Part shown: positions 49,087 to 61,522 of the stretch, in pieces | Numbering within the stretch: the first letter of the stretch is position 1 | Layout: every line of letters starts with the position of its first letter | Position numbers and translations under genes: made by a program | NCBI GenBank assembly: GCA_047495785.1 | Contig: JBLDXI010000032.1 | Span: 4,030,001-4,094,000, forward strand | DNA length: 64,000 nt | Reading direction: 5' to 3' | Origin: Lepidodermella squamata | Lineage: Eukaryota > Animalia > Gastrotricha | The notes under the pieces: generated by a model | What the model was told of the DNA's origin: nothing | Databases searched by the model: none | The model's input: only the letters and a program-made list of their open reading frames with translations

Positions 49087-49659
49087 TTCACTAAGACAAA
49101 GAAAATTAGTTGAAAAGTCAGGAATTGACTCAATTATTAGGAAAAGTCAGCAGTTGACTCAATTATCAATCACGGGATTTTGCTGCTTAGTATGGATTTA
49201 ATAAATTATGACCTGTAGCGATAGAGCATTACTTCGTGTGCGCAGTAGCAATTCGAATGGCCTTTGAGGTAATTATTTCTATTGCGAAAATTCTACGACC
49301 TAGAAATTATTGATAATCGCGAAACTTCTGAGTTTCACTGCGTTCCGCCTAAATAATCAATTGTCCAAAATATGTAGGCAATAGCTAATTAAGCAGCAAG
49401 GCAGGTATATGCTGTCAGCAAACCAAGTCACGGTTCATCACTCATGAAACGGATTTTGGTCATAAAGACCTTTGCCCTGGTTCTCCTGGGATTCTTGCGT
49501 CTTTCCCTCATGATGATACCAGCGAAATGAGAAACGAGAGAGATTGATTTTACGAGAGACATGTGTTTATTTGTATCTTATACTGGATACTGGTTATAAG
49601 GAGATCGAGAAATATGCGATCGCTAAGAAAGAAATTAGGAACTTGAATTTACAGTACTT

Positions 49660-49965
49660 TCAGCAACAATAACGCGTTCTTTTCGCAGCATAGTGCGAGT
49701 GTCTTTTCGGCGGTGTCTTCTTCCGGTAGGAGAAGATCGGCTCGATGTAGCGGCGCCGTGGATTGCCACCATTTCGCCGAACAGCACTTTCGAGCAGTCC
49801 TAATGCCTCCAACAACTGCTTCAAGCGAAACTCACTGAAAGCCGAGCCTATGGGCTGAGTTATTGGAACTGCATTGTCTTCTTGTAGCTCCGTGTCATTG
49901 GTCGACTGCGCGACGATAGCAGCCAATAAAGTTGCCAATATTGATAGAGCGAATAGTATTCGCAT
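49660..49965 (-). CDS. RRY..IFS-family small secreted peptide 2
   Basis: Signal; QLLEALG...NPRRRYIEPIFSYRK. Confidence 0.78.
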   Translation of the reverse strand: MRILFALSILATLLAAIVAQSTNDTELQEDNAVPITQPIGSAFSEFRLKQLLEALGLLESAVRRNGGNPRRRYIEPIFSYRKKTPPKRHSHYAAKRTRYCC

Positions 49966-50422
49966 AAGTATTTGAATTGTTGAAAAAATATAAATGTTGT
50001 CCTGCGCTTAAAATCAGTAATTTCGCCGCTGGTTCTTATAAATGACCTGTTTTGGCGACCGGTTTAATCATCAGCACGCGATTAAAGCTGGGTTATACTT
50101 CTGATAGGAAGCTGATTCAGACTGGTAACTATGCGAACCGAAATAATAGCCGGCGGCGACGGGGTGTTAATCGTTATTTTAATTACTCTTAAAATTACAA
50201 CGCATTTCTGTAAAGTGGCGAAGCTAATTGATTTTTTATACGAAGGCAATTATTAGGCGTTAAATGCATTCTAAAAATATGGAGGCGTTGTAGCGTAAAA
50301 TATTAACTATTAACCTCAGATTATTAAACAAAAATTACATAGAAAATTATCTTCAAGACAAAAACAGCTTTATTCGTAATCAACGAATTTCCACAGTGCG
50401 AAAACGTCGCGCGATAACATGG

Positions 50423-50707
50423 TTAGTCAATGTGATCAGTTAGAGTTGATTTCGGCGGAAATTTTCGGTGGGAAAATATCGGCGTGTTGTAACGCCGTTG
50501 CGGCAGTTTGTGCCTTCGCTCGGCTCGATCGAGCAGGCGCTGAACGCTGTCGGCCATGCCGAATTTGCGCAGGGCTTCGATGATGCTAGGCTCGATGTCC
50601 TTCGACAGTGATTGTACTTGGTTGAAAGATATCGAGGCTGGTGCTGCTTGTAAAGTCAAAACTGCGACTGCAGCGAGTTGTAGCGCGATTATCAGGGCGA
50701 TATTCAT
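50423..50707 (-). CDS. RRY..IFS-family small secreted peptide 3
   Basis: ATG 50707; signal; EALRKFG...LPQRRYNTPIFSHRK. Confidence 0.78.
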   Translation of the reverse strand: MNIALIIALQLAAVAVLTLQAAPASISFNQVQSLSKDIEPSIIEALRKFGMADSVQRLLDRAERRHKLPQRRYNTPIFSHRKFPPKSTLTDHID

Positions 50708-51299
50708 GACTTGAAAATGAAGATTCAAGTTTTAAAAATGAGATCTATCGAAAAAATGAGAGGCACTTTCGAGGGCTGGATGGATAACTTGACACCTTCC
50801 TACTCATTTAAATACCCTTTAAATTATCCAGACACACCTTTCAAGAACTAATTAACATCAAACGGCGGAGAAATAGCAGGCCATTAGTTGATTGAGTACT
50901 TATTACTAATTGATTGGATGACAAAGTAGGAAAAAGGTCAAGTTTTCAATACGTTTTGTCTTTTGTCTTTGTAAATGTGACGGATCGGCTTGTCCAAAAA
51001 TAATTATCCCGGCTTTTTCGTGCTAATGCGCGATCAAACACGCGTTACCTTTCCAGAAAAATTAGAGCTAACGCAGGAATGACCGAATTAATCTGAAGTC
51101 GATGCTAATCAAAGCAGAACGACTTATCGAGCAAAAAATTGAATTTTATGTCTAAAAAGAGTTGGATTTTATTTTTAGGGAGAGACATATTTTCTTTACA
51201 GCGACTGCATATATAACATAAATAGAGCGATTTTAGAGAGCAGCCCATAAAAAGCAAATTACAACTGACTGTTTTTATGTCAACTGATTGAAATATTTT

Positions 51300-53153
51300 T
51301 CATTGAGCATCTTTGGCAGAGACTTGATCCTTCACGTGGTTCAGCGCGTCTTTCGTGGCTTCAGCTTTCGTTTTGTTACAGAAGTTACGCAAACAGAACT
51401 CGTTTCCGCTGCGACGGAAAGGGCAAGATATATCAATTTCATCGGAAAATAATGTTTTTTCCACTCACCATCGTGGATTGCAGCGGAAAACGCATCGATC
51501 GCGAACACACGGATGCGCTTCGCTTTCAACCTCGAACGGGATGCGGTAACATGCCGCTGTTTCATTCGCGCATATCTGCTCTTGACTCAACGGAGGCGTG
51601 TCGCTTGGTAGGAGGAAATATGAGTCTAAACAGCATAATCTCAAAATAAAATCTCGAAAACGTGCACATGAAACCAACCAGTGATAGCAGTCTCTGCCTC
51701 CACTTTCGAGTTGCTTATTGTTCCGTAAATTTTGTCTAGAGTTGGGTGTCTTGAAATATTCAGTCACAAATAGTTTCAATTTCGCTTACCGAGCATGGGT
51801 TTTAGTGAGTTTTCTTTTTGCGACCATTGGCCATTAGGCAACATAACGCGGCAAGATATTTGATAATCTCCGACTAGAAGATTGGACGACAATTCGGAAT
51901 GTAAGGCTTTGCACTCGGTTCCTTCGACTAGCAGTTGATTTCGCTTTAGTTCCAACCCCAGAGCTCGGGTGCTGTTTCGCGTGTTGTAGGTCGGCCATTC
52001 CGTAGAATAGATCGACCAGTCGAAAGTCAAATTTTTTGCATTGGGACACGCGCCAGCATGGCAGGTGAACAAGCACCCGGAACTCTCCGTATCGGGAATA
52101 TTCACTTTTTCAACTGTCAATCACATTTTCAAAAATTCGAAAATTAATGAATGTTTCGAAAATTACGGGAGATCTCTGAGACAACAGGTTCAAAGGTTAG
52201 ATTGAGGCGGAAATACGCTTGTTCCATCATTTCAGTCCCAAGTGCCGCTATAGCCGATCCTTTGATCTCACAGATGTCGTGCTCAATCAACCGAGCCCGT
52301 TTGAAATTGAAGCGATATTTAAAACCGCCAGGAAAATGTCTAAAAAATTAAATAAAAAATCCTCCTCAAATTAAGGGAAATTATTAAAAAATTACGGTAT
52401 TGGGCTGATGGGATGGGGTTCGCCAGCTGAGTGAATAAAATGATAGCCATAGTTATCATTCGCCGACTCGAATTCGGGCACGTAGAACATGAAGTCTTCA
52501 TTTGAATCGGTTGAGTTCGGATTGTGACCTCTGCCGACATGGAAAACAATGCTCAAACGGCCGGCTGGAACCGTGACAGCAGCGTCGAAAAACTGCAAGC
52601 CGTCTTTCGTTTTCTCTTCGAAAGATTCGATCACGTCAGTTTGACTGACAAAATCTATACCGAAAATCTTCGGTTTCACTGAAAAATATTAGGTTAATAT
52701 CTCGTGAATTTTTTATTGAAATTTTTTACCGCCTATCGCAAGATTCCAGTCGTTTTTGCCGTTTGTTTCGTAGCTTTTGTAGATAGTGACCGTGTCAGAG
52801 CAAACGGCGTAGTAATTTCCGTTTGCTGCACTTGTCAAATTGCGCGTCGTGAAGTGGGACATAGTTTTCGGGGCGGATTTCGGCCCGTGGACGCTTGCCC
52901 ACCAACAACCGCGCCCGAAATGACAACACGCATCGGCGCCAGTTTTGAAAAACTTGATATTTTTGCAGGGTGGGGAAAATGCGATAGTCACAGACGCTGT
53001 TTCGCCGTAATTTATCCAGGGCGGGTTAGCAGCGATCCATTCAATCACGCCCTCTTCACCTATAATAACAATCGATTAAGCGGAAAATTCTTTCAATAAA
53101 ATTTTACCTGCTACGATGGATCTGAGTAATATTATTGCGAAAATTGTTCGCAT
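51300..53153 (-). CDS. Uncharacterised multi-exon secreted Cys-containing protein
   Basis: ATG 53153 (MRTIFAIILLRSIVA); ORF pieces 52713-53048, 52392-52679, 51776-52120 and 51465-51600 flanked by GT-AG; last exon ends VSAKDAQ-stop at 51300. Confidence 0.62.
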
Positions 53154-54328
53154 TTTGTCGACAAAAAAAATGGAGCTGGGCAATATTTTTTGGGCCGGAG
53201 TTATTTTTGCGCGTATATCGAGAGAGCGTTAGGCGCGCAAAATTTTTCACGCGCTCTGGTGACGACGATATAGTACTGTCGAGGTGACACAGTCGTGAAT
53301 GCGGGTAATTAAGGCGTTGGATTAGTTCTCGCTCTTCCGTGGTTGTTTGCCATTAAAACTGAAGTGTGTTATTTTTATTCCGCGGTGTATTGTTGTAATG
53401 ATACCGGCAGATGCACACACACACACGACCACACATACACACTCACACTGGGCGAAATTATTGCTATCTTGGCAGTCAAGAAGACACCGCGGACTAGGTC
53501 ATCTTGGCACGCGCTGCCATTTATCTTTAAAGTGATGCAAATAAAACACTAAAATTGAGGTTATAACAAGGTAAAGTGAGCAAAAATTGTTGCGCCAGCG
53601 TGTTGTGAACAACAATAGATTTGTGTTTTTGCAATAAGCGGTTATTTATTATTTTAATGGCTGTCGATGTGTTTGCTGCTGCTGTTCTGTGAACAGCGAG
53701 ATTATCGGAAAGTCGCACAACACGCCGCCTGGCCATTTAATTAGCTTCAATTTTTGACGGCCGTCTTTTCGCAAACACGCCCGCGAAACGAACAAACGTG
53801 TCGTGGGCGGATGTGGGCGTAAACATCGTAAACTACGTTTGCTCTTCAAGCACAAGGCTGGTTGCTTTAATACCTGTCAAGAGCCACTGTGGCTACTACT
53901 GCTCTTTCAATGATTAATTCATGCCATCGCATGAGCGCGCGAAAAATAATTGCGCGACGTGGCGAATAATACGAAAAGTGAAAAATAAGTGAATAAGGCC
54001 GACGTTTCTTTGTGGACACCTTGTTCGATTTGTTTGTTTGTATCGAAAATAGCGGCGCAGGCCGCGGTGGAGTGCGCACAGAGGCACATTCCCGATCTAA
54101 ATTTTTTCGGGCGAACATGCAGTTTTTCACAACTAACAAGTAAGCGGGGCCCCGGCGAATGACGAGACCCAATTGGCTAAAAGCGAGGAAAATGAGCGGT
54201 TTTCAACAGCAATAATCAAATGTGACCGCCACATTATTTGCATATTCGTCATCTGGCGTGCGAGATGGAAAAAAGCAAGCGAGAAAAGTCTGCTAAATTG
54301 GAATTGAATAATTTTTCATTGAGTTTAT

Positions 54329-54986
54329 GCAGTCGAAACTGCGGTGGAGCAAGTTATCACTCCCGGACCCGCCGCCCTCGAGGCAAGTTCTGACGTCTAG
54401 GAACAGTCATCACTTCCTGTCTTGAACAGGAGCGGGGGATGAACCTTGAGTTCTGATTCCGAATTAACAATGATTTTTCAATCAGCCGGTATTTTTAGCC
54501 AATGCATTGCTTTATCATTCGGTAGATTTACATATTCCGTTCTTTTTGTCCTGATTTATAGCTTGCGCCGCTTTATTAACAGCAATAAAACAATATTGAT
54601 GACAAGAAAAACAATGATTGCCCTAGTAAGGCCATTTTATGCGATAAAATTAGCAGTTTGCACTGCGGTGGAGTAGGTCACTCCCGATCTCGCCTTGGTT
54701 CAACTGGTGGTATAGTACTCACACAGTTGATGTCTAGTGGTAGGGGACTCGAATTTTTACGTCCGAGCCCGTCGAATTTCAAAGATTTCAGGAACACGTC
54801 CTATTGTGAAGTTATCGCATTCAGAAAGTCCAATTTGCATATTCTCGTGCGCATTTTAATCTCGTTTACGTTTTTTTTCTTTTGAAATAAAATTGGCAGT
54901 GTTAAACTGCCGTGGAGCCGACAGCAACCTAAACGACTCCCGGACCGCCTAACCCCAACTTGGGGCCGGCTCCTAGCTATAGGGGG
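54329..54986 (-). ncRNA. Three divergent copies (54329-54438, 54653-54746, 54895-54986) of a candidate structured RNA element
   Basis: Shared core GGGAG-hairpin-CTCCAC(C/G)GCAGT-loop-ACTGC on the minus strand, with variable loops and G-U pairs on that strand. Confidence 0.4.
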
Positions 54987-55716
54987 CTCCGCCTATACCC
55001 TGTAAAGGGCATGGCACAATGAATTGGACATCTCTAGTGCGACTCACGCCGGACTCCGGAGCAAGCGCGGGATTTTCGGAAAATCCGATTATTGCTAGAA
55101 AATGAACGGCAAGCCGTCGTAAAAATACATCTCTTGAACCTTTGTCGATTTAATTTGCCTTTTCGCAAATCGAAGACAATCTACGCCGATTTTTTTTATG
55201 GTGCTGGGGTAGTGTAATCACGTTATATCGCCGAAAAAAATAAACAAAAAATCGACCAACACACCAAAGAAAAAAAGATTGATGCGCTCTCATAGTTTTT
55301 CTTTTTCAAAACAAGATGCAATTTGTCATGGCAAATTTAAAAATCTAAAGAATATTTAAAATTAAACAGTATCTAATGCTGAATTCAGCAACTTTGTGAC
55401 CAAACAAGACAGCACCCGTTGCGATTTATTCTCACACGACACAACGTGTTACGTAATAACTAGCCGTATTACAGTCACTCCGAACCGAACTCAACGCTGC
55501 GTGATTACTTTCCATTTGTTCACGAATCTTTATCACCTATTGAAATGAATCTCGTTGGGAAGAAGTTCAAGGTAACTAAGAATTGCTAGGGTACTGATTT
55601 TAATGGAGAATTTTTTATCCAGATCTCTCAGTGCCTTCATTGCAAGTCGATATTTTTGACCCCTAATATTTTTCGCAATAGCCAACGCCTTATTCAGCCA
55701 GAATTTATCGAAATCG

Positions 55717-56712
55717 TTGATTATTTGGCTAGGAACTCCCATTGCGACTATTGTGGAAAATTCGAAGCTTTGCTGGAGCTTTCAAGTTAATAATTTGATA
55801 GTCTTATTTTACATTTCAGCGCTATCTTTCATTTCAGATTCGGTTGAATTCAAAAGTCAGCTAGAATCCGAGTCGTTCCTATCGACAGTTGGTGACTTGA
55901 AGCTTTTCGTTATCGATCGGCAAAATGTCGTCGATTACGTGAAATCGAAGCTCGTAACAAGCCGCATCTGTCCCGTCGATCCTCAGCAACTTCATTCAGC
56001 CGCAACCGCTGGAAATCTCGCGTTACTCAAGCTGCTATTCGATGCCGTGCCCGTCGATTTCCACGAATGTCTACTCGCAGACCGCGAAAGCGGCAAATCT
56101 ATCCTAATGGAAGCCGCTGAACACGGCCACGGCGAATTGGTCGAATTTCTGATCAAAATTTGGCACTTTTCTCGCCATTTCTCACCGCCTATTTTGGGTT
56201 ACGATTTCACCCGATTCGACTCATCAATGGCACTATACCTAGCCTCTGCTAATGGCCATTTACCTGCTGTTCGAAGCCTCGTTGAAACCGACCCATCGAT
56301 TTTATCAGTTAACAATAACGCGAATTCAGCGCTGTTCTGCGCAGCCGATAATGGTCAGATTGAAGTTGTAAAGTATCTGTGCGAAGAGGGTTTTGTTACC
56401 TTGCGGTTTAGATCCGGCTTCTGGAATGTGGCAATATTAGCCGCGTTTGCCGGTGATCATTTGAAGCTGCTTGATTACATGATCAAATTTGGCGATTCGA
56501 ATGCGAAAAAATTCTACTCATCGCCCATCGATTTGTACAATGCGGTTTTGCTGCACGAACTTCCCGGACAAAAGCTGTGGCTGCTCAAAATTGGACAGCT
56601 TGAGATTGACGTCAGAGCCGGTAATGACGGTGAAAATTGCCGATTGTCAGACTATCTCATAAACCGCTTTGCAGCAAACGACAGGGTTCGCCACTTGAAA
56701 ATTTTCACCTGA
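55717..56712 (+). CDS. Ankyrin-repeat protein (true start probably in an upstream exon)
   Basis: Repeats LHSAATAGNLALLKLL, LMEAAEHGHGELVEFL, LYLASANGHLPAVRSL, LFCAADNGQIEVVKYL. Confidence 0.88.
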   Translation: MIIWLGTPIATIVENSKLCWSFQVNNLIVLFYISALSFISDSVEFKSQLESESFLSTVGDLKLFVIDRQNVVDYVKSKLVTSRICPVDPQQLHSAATAGNLALLKLLFDAVPVDFHECLLADRESGKSILMEAAEHGHGELVEFLIKIWHFSRHFSPPILGYDFTRFDSSMALYLASANGHLPAVRSLVETDPSILSVNNNANSALFCAADNGQIEVVKYLCEEGFVTLRFRSGFWNVAILAAFAGDHLKLLDYMIKFGDSNAKKFYSSPIDLYNAVLLHELPGQKLWLLKIGQLEIDVRAGNDGENCRLSDYLINRFAANDRVRHLKIFT

Positions 56713-57010
56713 AATAAAGTGAACTAATCGAACGTTTCACCAACTTCCTTTATTCGATACTTGAAGTATACTGCTTTGTGAAAGCTGTGATCAATAAAAA
56801 AATCTTAGAGATTTCCTTTGTCGTTTTTGCTTGGTTCATACTATGTGGTATTTAGGCTAGAAGGTGTCGAAGGTTCCTTGCGCATGTTCAATTCGGAAGT
56901 GCGCACATCACGCATGGGCGAAATCAGCGCACGCTTTCCTGTCTGAACGGTGAAATTTTTTTCCTACAAATCAAACACGTGAATTTTTGTCTTAAAACGA
57001 GGAGGTATCT

Positions 57011-59847
57011 ATGATAATTCAACCTATCATTCTTATTGCTGCTTTCTCCGAAATCGCCGCGATATTTTACGATGAAACCTCCGTTTTCAACTCAGTGGTA
57101 AACATGAGTTTTCCTATGCCCAAATACATAACCGGGCAAAGCTTTACAAATTCCTCGACTCGAAAGGTCGTTACCATATTAGCGTCCGTAAACTATGAGG
57201 GGGAATACCCTATAGGCCCACTTTGCACGAAATCGATGGAAATAGCACTGGATCAGCTTAGAAAGCGACCTGATTGGTTGATCGATTACGAAGTTGCCAT
57301 CCAGCCTATTGACGATAAGGTAATATTCCGCGTAAAACCTGACAAATTGACGATTAATCAATTTCAGTGCCGCGATGATGCTACGATTTCAGCATTCATG
57401 TCTGAAATCGAGAATAATAACGACGCAGCATACAACAGGCTACCGTTCGTAATTGTTCCCCAATGTATAACATTTGGGCAATTAATCACTTCGGCTGCAA
57501 TTAAACATTACAATTTCGTTGGGGTTGGCAGCAATTATTTTCATAAAATATAATCGGCCTAAAATTATTATTTCGCTCAGATAACTTCAGGGCAAGGTTC
57601 GTCACTTTTAACAGATGATCGACATCGATTCAGTGAGGCATTCAGCTTGGGAATTCCACCGGAGCAAGTTTACACTGCGCTATTTGACTTCATGTCCTTT
57701 TTTGGCTGGAATCGATTTGCAATTTTATCAGAAATAAGTTCCTACTTCAATGGAATCGACCGATTTATTCCAGCGTTGTTAACAAGCCGTAAAATGAACC
57801 TGATTTGGATTGGGAAAGTCACGTACAAATCGACTAATGCTGATGAAATGCTGACAGCGTTTCAGGAAATGGAGCGGTATGACCCGCGAATCGTCCTGAT
57901 CCACAGCGATTCTCCAGTATCTGTGGCTTGTTGGCTTGCTCGATTTGGGTTTGCCGCGCCCAATCGCGTGATTATTCAAACTTCGTGGAGCTACTTTGAC
58001 CCTCTCACTGCTGAAATTCCCGAGTATGTCCGCAGATGGTGTTCAGTCGAAATGTTGATCGAAGTAGTCAGGAGTTCATTCTACTTCGGCGATGGAATTA
58101 TCAAGGATGTGAGAGGCGACGAGGCACTTGATTCGGCCGGATTAGCCGGGTCTGAATTGTTCGAAAAACTCAAGGAGAGAGTGGTAGATGCAGAAAGCGA
58201 TTTCTCCTTCTACATTTGGCCTCCGTTTTGCTACGATGAAGCCCTGTATGCGGGACTTGTTCTGAACGAAGCCGAAAAGTTGCTGACACTAAGTAATTCC
58301 AAATGAATGACAATTTCTAATTTTGCACATGTTTACACAATATTAGGGAACCAAACTTTATCAGACTGGACGACTGATTCAGTGAATTTCCAGATGAGAG
58401 GTGCAGAGATTCGTGATGTTTTGAAATCGGCGATTTATGCCACCAGGATGAATGGGTCGAAATCTGAAGTAATCTTCGACCCCAAAACGTCTACGAACAG
58501 CTTGGGATACACTCCGATAACATTCACGCAGGGGCAGTGGAACGGCAACGAGAGTGATAACGTCATGTTTGGATATCATAAGTCGAACGAGCGAGTTAAT
58601 CCTGTGATAATAAATAAGGAGAAATTGGTCTGGAGGACCGTTGATGAACTTCCTCCAAAAGATTCGATCAGTATCGTGATTGTCCAAATTGACTCGGTAT
58701 CTCTGAACAAACGGTCACTTTTCGTAGGTGAGCAATTTTCGTTTTGTCTAAGCTGGTTAGTATGTTTTCCCGACATTTTCTAGCATTGAGTATTCTGATC
58801 CTCGGACTATGTGCCTTGCTTCTCATTCTTTCTGCGGTTGCATCAAAGAGAAAACTCAGGTGGATGCGGAGAAAAACCGTGCAATTTTCATTCTGGGATG
58901 CGTCGGTCTTGATCGGAAACATGTTGATGATTTCACATACGTTTGCGATTCCCTCATCCGAAGCTATTATGCTACGCTGCTCCATCGTATTGTGCATAAC
59001 AGTTTTAGGATTTGCTATCACTTGGATGGGCTTATTCTCAAATGTGTGGGAAGCTTACAAGAATGCAAAGTCAAAAGGACACGGAAAAACTCGTTTTGCA
59101 GTAGCATACTACAATGCCGTTCAAATTTCGCGTAAATACTCAGCGAGATCTACAAAATTATTAGCCGCGTTTTTCTCCTTTTTCGTCTGTGTCAACTTCG
59201 GTATAATCATAGCGATGGTAAATTTGGGCTTCGTTGGTGTTGAAATGTCATTCTTGGATGCGGTGCCATCCAGGTTAGACTCGAGCGTAGTATTCCAGCC
59301 ATTTCGTTATGAATGCGCCCTCGAGCTGGATCTTTCAACTACCGGACTGTTTTGTGCCTTGGTCTCAATTCATTCGATCCTCATAATGGCTTGCGTTGTA
59401 CAGGCGTTCAAGGTTCAGGTCAAAAAGAAGGCTTTGTCGATGGACAAGGGAGCAGCAAAAGCTGCCATGTGCATATTTTGCCAAATGAGCTTGATAGTTG
59501 CCTCCGTCTTCCTCGCCATCGTCGGTTCAAGAAACTATGAATTCATCCAAATAGTGGTATCTTCTTATACCATCCTAACAGCAGCGGTTAATATGTCTTT
59601 CTTATACCTTGCAAAGGTATGTTGGGCCATTTCAGTTTTAAAGACTAATTTAGCTGTTATTTTCAATTTTAAATAGTTTATCCCGTTGCTATCATGCAGA
59701 ATACCGCTCGTTATTAGGAGTAGATCTTCTGGGGTACTACCTGAGCGGCGAGATTTACAGCAACAAGTATCGCCGCCGTCATCCAACGTCTCAATTCAAA
59801 AAAGGGTTTCCGTCTTTTTTAGTCGACGCCGTCACGAAATGAGATAA
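57011..59847 (+). CDS. Divergent class C (GABA-B-like) GPCR: Venus-flytrap-like ectodomain plus 7TM, multi-exon
   Basis: Signal; DDK-C, FGWNRFAIL, YDEA, W...PPKD stalk without a Cys-rich domain; multiple hydrophobic helices in 58744-59676 with YEC in the ECL2 position; last exon stops at 59847. Confidence 0.82.
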
Positions 59848-59906
59848 ACCTTAGCGAAATTGCGTGGATTTTCACATTTTTCAATTATATAGCTTTAAAA
59901 TACATT

Positions 59907-60503
59907 GGGGGTTATTTTCGAAGCTGTCTTTATGATAAAGTCGACTCTATCGATAAAGTCGGCTTTATCTCCTAAAGTCGACTTTAGCTAAAGTTAGCTG
60001 ATCTCAGCTAGTTTATGTGATAGACATAGAGGTAGCTTTGTCCACAACGTGATTTTCGAAGATAAAGCCGACTTTATTTATAAAAAGTCGTATTTATCCT
60101 GCATATATAAATGTACTAGAGCCGATAAAGACGACCATCCTCGTCTTTATCGTCTTAAAGTCGGCTTTATCGGCATATTTTTGTCCCCAGACGAATGATT
60201 TGACCCTAAAAGCTCTTGTTCGACGTCGTTTTTTTTATGATTTATCACAACAAAAAACTGGCAAAAAGTAGGTCATGGCTAATGATGAGCGATTTATGAT
60301 ACCGCCATTCAATAATTTCTACGATATATCATGGCAAAGCTGACTTTACGCAATAAAGTCGACTTTAGCAAAAGACGGCTTCGAAAATGCTCCCCCTTAA
60401 AGTCGACTCTAACAATAATGTCGGCTTTATCGTCTGCAGATAAAGCCGACTTTATGGGATAAAGTTGACTTTATCGATAAAGACAGCTTCGAAAATAACC
60501 CCC
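59907..60503. mobile_element. MITE with GGGGGTTATTTTCGAAGCTGTCTTTA terminal inverted repeats and 3-bp ATT target-site duplication (PIF/Harbinger-like)
   Basis: att-GGGGGTTATTTTCGAAGCTGTCTTTA ... TAAAGACAGCTTCGAAAATAACCCCC-att; many internal TAAAG(T/C)CG(A/G)CTTTA palindromes; no ORF. Confidence 0.85.
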
Positions 60504-60569
60504 ATTGTCTGTAGTACCTCACAATATTACAGACATGCTGTAGGAACGAACATAAACATCACATCGATG

Positions 60570-60790
60570 GCGACGTTGAATAACTTGGATTTAGTCTTAT
60601 TTACATCCAATTGATAGAAGTCCGATTTTTGGGATCACCACGGTGAAAGTTTATTATTTACATCAATTTCAAGGTAATAGGTGGCAAGTAAAAAGTTTTT
60701 GCCTCTTCATTTACGTTAAAAACCCGCTTTTTATTTGTGTGGCCTTGAAACGGATGTAAACAAGCCTGAATCCGAGTTATTCAAAGTCGC
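60570..60790. repeat. Imperfect inverted repeat of about 39 bp (second MITE-like element or hairpin)
   Basis: gcgacgttgaataacttggatttagtcttatttacatcc versus the reverse complement of ggatgtaaacaagcctgaatccgagttattcaaagtcgc. Confidence 0.6.
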
Positions 60791-61522
60791 TAACGACATT
60801 ATTGCTGCGTTAATGTCTCCTATACACTCGGGACGGCTATGCCAGTCACCTGCATTCAGTCTTGAGACCTAACGTCTTCAATCTAAAATTGATGTTCAAA
60901 TGTAGACAGCGTGTCGCTAACGATACCCATTAGTTTCAATCAACGATATTCGATTTCACTTACAGTTGAAAGCACGAAACTTGCTTAAATGCAGAGGAAG
61001 CAGGATCAAAGATTGAAGATCGGGGAAAGTATGACGGGGGAACGTAAAACGAACAAAAATGTTTGTTGAACGGGGGAACGTTTGTTAGTATTTTTGTATG
61101 TCCTGGAGCCCGCGCCCGTTTCGTGCGCGCGTTATCAACTCTCACGTACTTCGGCCGCGAGAGATCTACGAGATGGAGCGAGCGGAGTCGAGTTGATCTC
61201 GTGCGGCCGTGGTCTCGCCATCTGTATCCATACGATAAGGTACTATCGGCACTCTTTGAGCTGCTGAATATTCAGTAGCTCAAAGAGTCACTCGGCCACT
61301 CGGCAGTCTAAGCTCCACCCACCGCCGTGCCCTGCCATTTCACGGTCATGACCCCGCATGGTTTTATTACACCTAATTTGCATGTTTTGCCGCAACACGC
61401 TTTTCCTGGCCAATGAAGTTCACCCACAACCCAGTGGGCGGAGCTGAGAGTCGTGTCGTAGCTTTTTTTAGCGTCGTACATGGGCGCGCTGTAGTAAATG
61501 TGTCGTAATATAGATGTGTCGC

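Noticed and set aside
54940-54990. Twister-ribozyme-like CCGCCTAAC...GGGGG
   Set aside because: The GUCCYAAGC core and P2 pairing are absent, and the pattern is not shared by the other two copies
59907-60503. CRISPR-like array of palindromic repeats
   Set aside because: Irregular spacing, no unique spacers, eukaryotic context, and TIR plus TSD identify it as a MITE
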